25,533 bases of DNA from Armatimonadota bacterium (GCA_038248345.1 JBBRXO010000029.1:1-25533), one strand, 5' to 3'; shown: positions 7,007 to 15,724, counted from the first letter of the stretch. The notes: generated by a model not told the origin, from the sequence alone. Translations and numbers: made by a program.

Positions 7007-8137
7007 CTAACTTTTCACGATCGACGTAACCGTCGCTTCATCTGGCGCGGAGATGTTGAGTACTCCCAATATCTGCTCTTTGTTCAGCACATTCTTCCCG
7101 CTACCTTCTAGCTGATGTATCTGGCCTATCAGTGGAAGTGCAAGCATGATATTGACATATTCGGGGTTGAATTGTCGTCCAGATTGCGCCAGTAGTTCGG
7201 CGCGGATGACGCTCTCGGGAAGGCAGGAGCGGTATGAACGGGTACTGCTCATCGCGTGTACGGCATCACAGATGGAGAGTATTTGCGATTGCCAGGGGAT
7301 GGCGGCACCGGCCAGCCCGTCCGGGTATCCGCTGCCATCCCAATTCTCGTGATGGGCGCGAACGATGGGCACAATGTCATGCAGCGCTTCCACTTTGCCG
7401 ATAATCTCCGCGCTAAGTACTGGATGCTGCTGTAATGCCAGGCGATCATCCGCCGTTAGGGCATCGGTTTTATTGAGAATGTCTTCCGGTACCCCAATTT
7501 TGCCGAGATCATGCACCAATGCAGCACGCATCAGGGTATTCCGGTTCTTTGAAGAGATATCCAAGTGTTCGGAGAATTGATCGACCAGCCACAAAACCGC
7601 CATACTATGCTGGCCACTATAGGCATCGCGTAGTTCAAGACTCACCAGGAGAGCATAGATTGTTTCGCGCACATGGGTGGCGATCTGTTGTTTAGCGTGA
7701 TCTACTTCGGAACGTAAAGATTGGTAGTTGTGCTGGATTGCTTCCAGGGTAGCGGAGCGTTTCAACGTATTTTCTCTGCGTTTGATGCCACGCATGACTA
7801 TTGCTTCCAGTTCGTGCGGATTAAAGGGTTTGGTAAGATAGTCAAAGGCGCCGAGGCGTAACGCTTTTCGTGCGGTATCGACAGTGGCATAAGCCGTAAC
7901 CAGGATAACTTCAACAGTAGCATCGAGTGACTTGATGTTCTGGAGCACTTCAATGCCATTCATATCTGGCATACGCAAATCAAGCAAGACCACATCGGGA
8001 CTGAATTCAACTAATTTGGTTATTGCCTCACTGCCAGTACAGGCCAGGCAAACTTCGTAGTTTGACTTCAGTAGCATCTTGATTGATTCCCGCACTCCGC
8101 GTTCATCATCTACGATAAGAATCTTATTTTGTAACAT
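7007..8137 (-). CDS. Response regulator with HD-GYP cyclic dinucleotide phosphodiesterase domain (RpfG-like)
   Basis: REC domain ILIVDDE..VLLDLRMP..VTA..YLTKPF, coiled-coil linker, RDAYSGQHS, HDLGK and HHENWDGSGYPDGL. Start placed at ATG 8137 (MLQNKILIVDD) with GAGG RBS, overlapping the upstream gene end. Confidence 0.93.
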   Translation of the reverse strand: MLQNKILIVDDERGVRESIKMLLKSNYEVCLACTGSEAITKLVEFSPDVVLLDLRMPDMNGIEVLQNIKSLDATVEVILVTAYATVDTARKALRLGAFDYLTKPFNPHELEAIVMRGIKRRENTLKRSATLEAIQHNYQSLRSEVDHAKQQIATHVRETIYALLVSLELRDAYSGQHSMAVLWLVDQFSEHLDISSKNRNTLMRAALVHDLGKIGVPEDILNKTDALTADDRLALQQHPVLSAEIIGKVEALHDIVPIVRAHHENWDGSGYPDGLAGAAIPWQSQILSICDAVHAMSSTRSYRSCLPESVIRAELLAQSGRQFNPEYVNIMLALPLIGQIHQLEGSGKNVLNKEQILGVLNISAPDEATVTSIVKS

Positions 8138-10103
8138 GCCAGACACCCTCGTTTGAGTCAACGTTTTGCTGCAACGGCAGACGGCACATGATAGAAAGAA
8201 CACTGCCAAATACGTCTACCGTGAGCGAACCGTGATGTAGCTCAAAGATATATTGGGCGGTAGCCACTCCGAAATCCAACTGCCGGTCTGACTCCGTTAT
8301 CAATTGTTGCCATGGATTCAGCAGCCAGATGGCGGTATTTTTTTCAGCTGACGGCACCTCTATTGATATTATTATAACACGATCCTCGACATCCATACAC
8401 ATAGTTGCCGGTTTCTCCGGTTTACTAAGTCTCGCGACCGAACGCAGTAAGCAGGTTAGCGCGGTTTGAAAGCGATTCATGTCGCCGATAACAAGCGGCA
8501 TGGTGTCCGGTATGGAGGTTACGATGGCGTTATGAATATCCTCTGTACCCGCAATGCGTTCCAGCATGTCGGCGATATTGAATTCTGCGGGCTGATAATC
8601 AGCATGATGCGTGAGGATGAGTAACTGTTCGATGAGCAGATTTATCCGATCAATTTCCGGTTGCAACACATCCACGCCAAATTGATGCAGATCATCATTC
8701 TCTTGTTGCCGGGGTACCAGGCTGGCGAAAGTGGAGAGCGTCACCAATGGATTGCGCAGTTCATGGGCGATATAGTGGACCAGATTGGTTACTACCTCCA
8801 GATTAACGCGTAGATCCCGTTCCGCTTCCAATCCCAGTTGTACCGAGCGATCTTCGATCAGCAGCATCGCATTGGGCACCGTTGTATCCAGCATGATGCT
8901 GGTGACGGCTACCGGTTTGCCGGTAGTTGCCAGCGTCAATTCACGCTGCGAGAGATCGATGTGGCGTATTAACGATTCATAGGCCAGGTCTCCCAGCGGT
9001 GACGGTAATGAGCGCAAGTCGGCGCCGAGTAAGGTGGTGCGGGGTTTCCCCAGAATTGTAGCAGCGGCAGAGTTCACAAATGCAATACGATGATCATTGC
9101 CCAGGACGATGGTGCCGGTAGGCATTACTCCCAACATATGCTCGGTTAATTCCTGCTGTTGTTTAATTTTCCAATGCAAGCGTCGATGGAAAACTGCAAC
9201 CGCGATTTGATTGGCGATCGCGAATATCCCCTCTAACTCATAAGCGCTGTACTGATGCCCGATAAGCCGTGGCCCCAGACCGAGGATGCCCACCAGCTGT
9301 CCGTCGAAGATGATCGGCACGGCTGCGACTGCCTGCATCAGATCCATGCCTGCCATTATCTCACCAGAGTTACTACCGGTATCAATATCGCGCAGCAGGA
9401 TGCGTCCACTGGAGGCCAGCCAGCGACAGAGCGGCGCCGTCTGGGGGAAAGTACAATGGGGCACCAGCGCCGAAGGTAGCCCACGTTGGGCACGGGTATG
9501 AAACGCCCCGGTGGCAGAATCGCGCATGAGCAAGACAGTACGACTAGTTTGGCAAGCGCATTGTATCCAATTGATGAATGCTTCCAATAGTTCCGGTTCT
9601 TCCATCCCGGCGAATATCTCCGCGAATTGACGGAATTGTGGCATCTCCAGCAGGCAAGGTGACTCTACTAGGATTGATGAAGTAAAATTTGCCTGTTGCA
9701 ACTGTCCGTTCTGTTGGAAGGGTAGGGCTAATTCCGTAGAATCATCTCCATTCATCCTGAAATGCCGTTCCAGACGGAACATGAATAGATCATATTTTTC
9801 ATCGAGACGCAATAGTTCATCGGCAAAACGCCACCATTCAGTATCGGTTTCGCTATTTGACAGGGCAAAAATTGGCAATGAGCGTTGCAGATTAGACAGG
9901 TCAGAACGGATTTGGCTCCAGCTGGCGCGGGGCCAGGAGATATCAATGATAACGGCCTTCAACGGGAGGGTCTGCGTGCGGCTGATAAGCTCCGGTACTG
10001 ATGTAGCCGTAACTATGCCGATAGGAGGTTTCGCCAGGGCCAACCTTTCCTTGACGTCATCCAAGTGTGTTTCATCATGAGTGAGATAGCAAACTAAGTG
10101 CAT
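8124..10103 (-). CDS. Cytoplasmic REC-like/GAF/PAS/HisKA protein with degenerate HATPase domain (pseudokinase or phosphotransfer protein)
   Basis: N-terminal receiver-like fold (KAVIIDISWP), GAF (AAVPIIFDGQLVGILGLG), PAS (IAFVNSAAATILG), H-box IAHELRNPL. C-terminal N, G1 and G2 boxes are not conserved. No TM helices. Confidence 0.85.
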   Translation of the reverse strand: MHLVCYLTHDETHLDDVKERLALAKPPIGIVTATSVPELISRTQTLPLKAVIIDISWPRASWSQIRSDLSNLQRSLPIFALSNSETDTEWWRFADELLRLDEKYDLFMFRLERHFRMNGDDSTELALPFQQNGQLQQANFTSSILVESPCLLEMPQFRQFAEIFAGMEEPELLEAFINWIQCACQTSRTVLLMRDSATGAFHTRAQRGLPSALVPHCTFPQTAPLCRWLASSGRILLRDIDTGSNSGEIMAGMDLMQAVAAVPIIFDGQLVGILGLGPRLIGHQYSAYELEGIFAIANQIAVAVFHRRLHWKIKQQQELTEHMLGVMPTGTIVLGNDHRIAFVNSAAATILGKPRTTLLGADLRSLPSPLGDLAYESLIRHIDLSQRELTLATTGKPVAVTSIMLDTTVPNAMLLIEDRSVQLGLEAERDLRVNLEVVTNLVHYIAHELRNPLVTLSTFASLVPRQQENDDLHQFGVDVLQPEIDRINLLIEQLLILTHHADYQPAEFNIADMLERIAGTEDIHNAIVTSIPDTMPLVIGDMNRFQTALTCLLRSVARLSKPEKPATMCMDVEDRVIIISIEVPSAEKNTAIWLLNPWQQLITESDRQLDFGVATAQYIFELHHGSLTVDVFGSVLSIMCRLPLQQNVDSNEGVWHVTK

Positions 10104-12526
10104 AGTAATTCTTCAGTCGGATGCTCGCAGACCGGAAGTATCAGCGTAATCGTCAGCCCATTTCCGGGAGCACATTCAGCGCGAGCTTCTCCGCCATTTG
10201 ATCTGATGAACTGGTAAGTAAGCGCCAACCCCAGCCCATGCCCACCCACCTTGGTTGTATATAAAGGCTCAAATATACGCGCGATATTATCCTGCGAAAC
10301 TCCGGAACCGGTATCACTTATGCGGCAGATAATATCCGCTAATCTTTGTTCAACGGATATCGTCAATATTCCACCTTGCGGCATCGCCTGAATGGAGTTC
10401 ATTATCACATTCAGGATCGCCTGGTAGATCTCCCGTGCCAGCCCCATAATTTTGGGAAGGTCGTTACCAGTAGTAAGCTTAATCTCGACATTGTGCCGCT
10501 GGCATTCCGGGCGAACAATCACTAACAAGCGGTCGATCACTTCCTGAATATTCACCAGGTCACGATTATGCGTTGGTTTCTGCACCATATCAAGCATTTG
10601 CCCGACCAGACGATTGATTCTTTCTACTTCATTCACCACGGTTACGCTGAATTCCTTTCGGAATTCCTCATCATCGTATTTAGTTGGCAACAAATGTGCG
10701 AACATGTTGATCGGAACTAGCGGATTCTTGATTTCGTGTGCGAGACTGGCGGCCATTGCGCCCATTGAGCTGAATCGTTCGGCCTGCATCTTTTCCTGCT
10801 CCAGCGTTCGCAGTGCCGAAAGATCCTTGAACACTACCAGATGGCTGTCGGCAGTATCCCAACGTTGACGAAAAGGTGTCACGTTTATCAACAGGGGAAT
10901 ATCCTGATTGGAATTCCGGGAGCGTAGCGCAATTTCGATAGGTTGGTCACCGGAGTTTTGAATTAATAGATAGTCTATGCCGATTTCTCCCAATTTTTTT
11001 CCAATCGCTTCGGATGCAGGGATCGCTGTGATATGCTCGGCGGCGTGATTGAAGGTGATTATCTGCTGATTCGGGTCCAACGCCATCACACCATCCTGCA
11101 TACTATGCAGTAGTCGTTCGTGGTATTCATTCAGCAAGACAACTTCAGCGTAATGCCGGGCGTTATCCATCGCAATGGCCGCCTGCTTACCCAGGATTCG
11201 TAGCAGGCCGATATCGTCAGCGGTATAGACGTCGCCGGATAGTTTTTCTCCCAGGAAGATGATCCCACACAGACGCTCGTTGGCGATCAGGGGAATCAGC
11301 ACGTAGACATTCCATTGTTGCAGTTTTTTACCGACGAAATACTGCATATCTTCCTGTCGAATCAGTTCCTCACTGACTAACACCTCGTCGGTTTCCAGAC
11401 AATAAGCCAGCACTGTATCATTGCTGGTGATGTTGACAGGCAGTTGCTCCCAGGCTTCAGTACTGGAGATTCTCACAATTTCATCGTTATGACCTGGTAA
11501 ATAAATCGCCGCACTACGCGGGCGTAGTGTCCGAATCAGTGCATTGATCAATGTGTCTACCAGCGTATCACGGTCCTGTGCGGAAGCCAGGGCACTACCT
11601 GCCTCACGTAGTATAGCGCGGTAATCATAAACGCTTTTGAAGAAGCGCTTATCGACGATAGTCTGTACATGACGCAGCAACGGCTGGAAGGCCAGGGCTA
11701 TCAGGAATGCCATGATGAAACTGCCAGCACGGGGGAAGAAGCTGATACGAGTGGCCAGGGCATGATCCATAATCGGCACAAGTAGGGCAAAAAAGAGTGA
11801 AAGCGTACCGATAGTTATCGTGTACACCAGGCTCGCTCGGAGGACGATTCGGATATCCATCAAGCGATAGCGCACAATCGCATAAGTGGTAGTGGTGTTG
11901 ACGAAGAGCGAGGCGAGTGGTCCGTAAGGACCGAAGCGGGAAGAATGAGTGAGTGCAGGAAGTATGACATTGGTCATACTGGCAAATAGCAATAACCCGG
12001 CGTAGCCCAGTAAAATATAGCGAATCTGTAGTTTTTCAAACCCCGTAACGACCTTGCTTTTAAAGTACAGGTGAATAGCGCCGATAGTCGGCAAGAGTAA
12101 TAGCCATACCCCATACACCCCCACCAGCGGCCCGACACCCGCATCTACTCCCCATTCCATGTAGGTTACAGAGGTTATCAGTGATGAAGTCCAGCATAAG
12201 AAAAGCCAGGGAAGCGAGATAATGGTAAGCGCCAGCGCTACTTTTCGGAATTTATCCGATGTGACAGGAAAATCGGCACAGAACCAGAGCCAACTTATGC
12301 CAAAAAGTGTGCTAAAGAAAAATGTAGCTCGGCAAAGCCATAGTGTGCGCTCACTATTGCCGGTGAATTGCATGGTGGCGACGCAAGCAGTCCAGGCAGC
12401 CGTAGAGAGGATATACCAGGCAAAGCTCCCTCCTGCCTGATGCGAGTTTTTCCGTAACAATATTACTGCAGCCATAGCGATGTTATAAAGCATCGCCACA
12501 TACAGAATTATTTGCAAAAGAATCAT
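10094..12526 (-). CDS. Membrane sensor histidine kinase: N-terminal 7TM-type sensor region, GAF, PAS, HisKA, HATPase
   Basis: About 8-9 hydrophobic helices ending in YAIVRYRLMDI, GAF (LGEKLSGDVY...D..LL), PAS (FNHAAEHIT), H-box LAHEIKNPL, N-box NVIMNSIQA, G1 DTGSG, F-box IFEPLYTTK and G2 GHGLGL. ATG at 12526; alternative TTG at 12532. Confidence 0.94.
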   Translation of the reverse strand: MILLQIILYVAMLYNIAMAAVILLRKNSHQAGGSFAWYILSTAAWTACVATMQFTGNSERTLWLCRATFFFSTLFGISWLWFCADFPVTSDKFRKVALALTIISLPWLFLCWTSSLITSVTYMEWGVDAGVGPLVGVYGVWLLLLPTIGAIHLYFKSKVVTGFEKLQIRYILLGYAGLLLFASMTNVILPALTHSSRFGPYGPLASLFVNTTTTYAIVRYRLMDIRIVLRASLVYTITIGTLSLFFALLVPIMDHALATRISFFPRAGSFIMAFLIALAFQPLLRHVQTIVDKRFFKSVYDYRAILREAGSALASAQDRDTLVDTLINALIRTLRPRSAAIYLPGHNDEIVRISSTEAWEQLPVNITSNDTVLAYCLETDEVLVSEELIRQEDMQYFVGKKLQQWNVYVLIPLIANERLCGIIFLGEKLSGDVYTADDIGLLRILGKQAAIAMDNARHYAEVVLLNEYHERLLHSMQDGVMALDPNQQIITFNHAAEHITAIPASEAIGKKLGEIGIDYLLIQNSGDQPIEIALRSRNSNQDIPLLINVTPFRQRWDTADSHLVVFKDLSALRTLEQEKMQAERFSSMGAMAASLAHEIKNPLVPINMFAHLLPTKYDDEEFRKEFSVTVVNEVERINRLVGQMLDMVQKPTHNRDLVNIQEVIDRLLVIVRPECQRHNVEIKLTTGNDLPKIMGLAREIYQAILNVIMNSIQAMPQGGILTISVEQRLADIICRISDTGSGVSQDNIARIFEPLYTTKVGGHGLGLALTYQFIRSNGGEARAECAPGNGLTITLILPVCEHPTEELLCT

Positions 12527-12607
12527 ATGCAAATCTCACAGTAGAATGAAAACAAAAATCACCGATGGTTATGAATAATATGACAAATGTTAATAGTATC
12601 TTCCAAA

Positions 12608-13855
12608 CTATCCCCCATATTTTCCAATAATTGCACCAGCATGTGTCCCGCCAACGCCCGCTACGTTGATGAGGACGTTGCGCACACGCGACATGCGCGC
12701 AATATTGGGGACATAGTCCAGCTTGCAGTCCTTCGCTGGCGTGGAGAAATTTAACGTGGGTGGTATCATCTGGTGCTTTATCGCCAGGCAGGCCGCAGCG
12801 GCCTGAAATCCGCCACCGCTGGCGAAAGATTGCCCCACTGCCCCACGAATGGAGCTCACAGGGACACAGAATGCGTGGTCCTTCAGTGCAGTTTCGATCC
12901 CGCGGCTCTCCGCCACATCGCCGATTTTATGCCCGGTACCATGCGCGCATACCCAGTCAATATCCCGGGCGGGTATCCCGGCGTCTTTTAGTGTCTTTTT
13001 GATCGTCACAGCAAAGGCTTTGCCCGTGTCATCCAGATCCGTCATGGTACGGGCCTCTTCAGTACTGGCGACCCCTAATACTTCACCATATATCTGCGCT
13101 CCACGCAGCCGTGCATGCTGCTCTGACTCCAGAATAATGGCCGTCCCACCTTCTACCAGCGCGATACCGTCATGATCGGCAGAAAATGGCCGTGGTATGC
13201 TTCCGCCGTCACTCGGTGTGGGCGCTAATATCCCGCTGCGATTCATCAAGGCCCACATAAAAGGGGTGAACATACAATCTGCACCGCCGACTACCATGAC
13301 ATCGGCGTTACCTTCGCGGATCTGCATAACGCCCCAGTTGAGGGTATCCAGGCCGCTGACGCAACCAGCTGAATGAGTTGCTGCCGGTCCGTGTAGGCCA
13401 AAATGAATCGCCACGTGAGTGGTGCAGGCACTGGGGATGAATTCCGACCAGAGCGTAGGGGTGATACTGCGGTCTCCACGGGCGAAATACTTGCGAGCGC
13501 TGATCTCTACCGCTTCGGACAGTCCGGCAGCTACCGTGCTGAAGGAGGTACCGATGCAATCATGATCTTCAGATTCTAATTGGAGGCCAGAGTCACACAT
13601 AGCCCGATGGGCCGCTACCAGCGAGAACTGCGAAAAGCGATATAGTCGTTTCGGATCAACGTCAGGCAGGTCATCATGGAAATTGAAATCTAAATACTGA
13701 CCACCCAGTGAATAGCGTTTATCGGTGAGTTCCCAGCCTTTGATGGGACCGATACAGGTCTTCCCGGTGAATAACGCATCACTGAATTCTGCGACAGTTT
13801 TACCCATTGAACAAACGATGCCAATGCCGGTGATAACGACCTTAGTCCTATTCAT
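12608..13855 (-). CDS. FabF-like beta-ketoacyl-ACP synthase family protein with atypical active site
   Basis: VVITGIG, GP..T.SAGC.SG, ADVMVVGG, RPF...DG..L.EG, AHGTG, IPPTLN and G.GGT. Cys165 and His305 are present, but the second His is Gln342. Confidence 0.9.
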   Translation of the reverse strand: MNRTKVVITGIGIVCSMGKTVAEFSDALFTGKTCIGPIKGWELTDKRYSLGGQYLDFNFHDDLPDVDPKRLYRFSQFSLVAAHRAMCDSGLQLESEDHDCIGTSFSTVAAGLSEAVEISARKYFARGDRSITPTLWSEFIPSACTTHVAIHFGLHGPAATHSAGCVSGLDTLNWGVMQIREGNADVMVVGGADCMFTPFMWALMNRSGILAPTPSDGGSIPRPFSADHDGIALVEGGTAIILESEQHARLRGAQIYGEVLGVASTEEARTMTDLDDTGKAFAVTIKKTLKDAGIPARDIDWVCAHGTGHKIGDVAESRGIETALKDHAFCVPVSSIRGAVGQSFASGGGFQAAAACLAIKHQMIPPTLNFSTPAKDCKLDYVPNIARMSRVRNVLINVAGVGGTHAGAIIGKYGG

Positions 13856-14023
13856 TAACTAGTCCTGTGCTACAAGCGAAGTCAAATATGCTACAGATAT
13901 AACGTGATTATATCCAGGAAAGCATCTAAAAATGCAGATACCTACCGATGAAAATATTGCATAAGCATAGACGCACTGGATTATCAGGATCTAAAAATAG
14001 ACATCGTAAGAAGTAGCCCCTTC

Positions 14024-14071
14024 AATTGAGTGCAAGTATAGCATAATTGCACCTGACAGAGAATTGAGTGC
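14024..14071 (-). promoter_or_regulatory. Extended -10 promoter (TGcTATACT, 14035-14043) bracketed by two 10-bp direct repeats GCACTCAATT
   Basis: AATTGAGTGC (+ strand) at 14024-14033 and 14062-14071 flank the minus-strand -10 element upstream of the ketosynthase gene. Confidence 0.5.
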
Positions 14072-14101
14072 GACAGATTATGCGCAAAGCAACCTACGGA
14101 A

Positions 14102-15556
14102 TCAGCGTTTTATTGCATGAATCAGAAAGTTCGTCTGGTAATACGCTTCTTCCATGCCAATAATATTAAAGCCATTGGATGTCAATAGTTGCTGGATTTC
14201 ATCTTCAGTGGGCAAATATTTGAAACCACCACCGGTAAGGAGACGCAGTTGGAATGATAAAACCTTGTTCATCTTCAGTTGATCTACATTGTTGGCTATG
14301 CAGTCATCGACTACACGCTGGCGATGTTCGGCGGTCAGCCCGCGACCTTTGAGGGGGCTGGATATCACCAATATACCTTCAGGTTTTAGCACACGGCACA
14401 TCTCACGAATGGCCAGCTCTGGATGCTCGATATTGAATAAGACATTGACACTGGCGACAGCATCGAAGTTATCATCGGGGAATTCCAGACAAGTGACATT
14501 TCCAGCAGTAACCGTAACGTTATCGAATTGTTGCGTTTTGGCGCATGCGGTTATTACCATGCCGTCGCTGAAGTCGATCGCTGTCACCTGTTGATGTAGT
14601 TTGGCAAGCCTGATGGTAAGGTTGCCAGTGCCGCAACCGGCGTCCAGCACTTTTGCTCCAGTCCCGGATAACTCTGCTACCCGATTGAGCATGCGGTTAT
14701 TATCAGGCAACAGGGTGATGTAATCATAGGCCTCCTGGGAGAATTCACTCCAGAATTCCGACCATTCATTTTTGATGACGTCAATACTCCGCCGGAACAT
14801 GTCTGCCAGGATTACCTGTGGGGCAAGGAGGGGCATTCGTTTTTCGGTCAGGAAGAGGATCAATTCATTAGTCATTAGCGCCCCGGAGAGCATCGCGGCC
14901 ACTGGGCTGGAGGGAATTGGGCACTGGCGTGCCAGTGCTTGCTGATAGACAGCCATCTCCACATATTCGGGGAATATTGGACAAAGCTTCTGCGAGTTGA
15001 TGGTGTTTGTTTCCGCGTTATATTCCATATATTCTTCATAGCTCATGGAATCTGGAGCAAACACCAGTAGTGATGCTCCCAGGCCGATGATCGGCGAAGT
15101 GAAGACGTATTTGCCCATTTTACGAGCGGTGGTATAGAGGCGGACTTTCTCTTCCACGGTGAACAACTCGATGGCATCGATAATGACATCGCACCCGTCG
15201 ATGAATGCTTCAATATTATCGACATTTACCCCGGTGGAGAATGTCGTTACCTGACATTCGGGATTAATATCAAGTACCAGTGCAGCCATAACATCTGCTT
15301 TGTTTTTACCAACGGTGGATTCCAATGCGCCATATTGCCGATTACGGTCTGAAGCGCCGAAAGTATCGGGATCAGCAATGTGAAAAGCTCCGACGCCGGC
15401 GCGTGCCAACGCAACTAATTGAACCCCCCCGACTCCTCCGACTCCAGCAATGCCGATGCAGCAGTTTCGCAGTCGTTGCTGGTCTTCCTCGGTAATAATC
15501 CCGATATTGCGGGAGAAAAGATCGTGGTACGGGGAATTATTTGATTCTGATTGCAT
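14102..15556 (-). CDS. ThiF-family adenylyltransferase fused to a class I SAM-dependent methyltransferase
   Basis: N-terminal ~260 aa: FSRNIG, IAGVGGVG, ADPD.F..S..NRQ, GKNKA, DINP, DVIIDAI. C-terminal ~220 aa: VLDAGCGTGN, AIDFSDGM, FPDDNFDAV, RVLKPEG. RBS AAGGAGAGG. Confidence 0.92.
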   Translation of the reverse strand: MQSESNNSPYHDLFSRNIGIITEEDQQRLRNCCIGIAGVGGVGGVQLVALARAGVGAFHIADPDTFGASDRNRQYGALESTVGKNKADVMAALVLDINPECQVTTFSTGVNVDNIEAFIDGCDVIIDAIELFTVEEKVRLYTTARKMGKYVFTSPIIGLGASLLVFAPDSMSYEEYMEYNAETNTINSQKLCPIFPEYVEMAVYQQALARQCPIPSSPVAAMLSGALMTNELILFLTEKRMPLLAPQVILADMFRRSIDVIKNEWSEFWSEFSQEAYDYITLLPDNNRMLNRVAELSGTGAKVLDAGCGTGNLTIRLAKLHQQVTAIDFSDGMVITACAKTQQFDNVTVTAGNVTCLEFPDDNFDAVASVNVLFNIEHPELAIREMCRVLKPEGILVISSPLKGRGLTAEHRQRVVDDCIANNVDQLKMNKVLSFQLRLLTGGGFKYLPTEDEIQQLLTSNGFNIIGMEEAYYQTNFLIHAIKR

Positions 15557-15604
15557 AAAAACCTCTCCTTGAAAAACCTTATAAACGCCATTATCTAGTT
15601 AAAG

Positions 15605-15613
15605 ATTGTACCA
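15605..15613 (-). promoter_or_regulatory. Extended -10 promoter (TGgTACAAT) for the ThiF-methyltransferase gene
   Basis: TGnTACAAT about 50 nt upstream of the ATG, in the AT-rich divergent intergenic region. Confidence 0.5.
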
Positions 15614-15724
15614 TAAGTGTGCGATATTTCGTACACTTTTCTGGCATATTGCAGTAATAATCTACCAATTATAGGAATTGCTAAACATGTGACACGCTTA
15701 TTACAAAAATTCGTAGTAACTCCC

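Noticed and set aside
6863..7111. 82-aa plus-strand ORF (similarly 4768-4959)
   Set aside because: Runs through repeat elements (MGGTPMPR is the REP translated) and overlaps real genes; no RBS.
8138..8209. Longer N-terminus for the HD-GYP regulator given by the ORF track
   Set aside because: It overlaps the upstream CDS extensively; the REC domain and RBS point to the ATG at 8137.
10094..12526. Calling the kinase PrsK of a PEP-CTERM system
   Set aside because: The TM-GAF architecture is reminiscent, but there is no sigma54-dependent PrsR, exosortase or PEP-CTERM protein in the window.
12608..13855. Calling the gene housekeeping fabF or part of a type II PKS
   Set aside because: Catalytic His and Lys are substituted, and no ACP, fabG/fabD or KSalpha/CLF partner is adjacent.
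13856..14101. Possible microcin-C-like or RiPP precursor peptide for the ThiF enzyme (MSIFRS*, MLMQYFHR*, MLYLHSIEGATSYDVYF*)
   Set aside because: None ends in Asn as MccA-type precursors do, RBS support is poor, and the ThiF protein lacks the MccB N-terminal peptide-binding extension.
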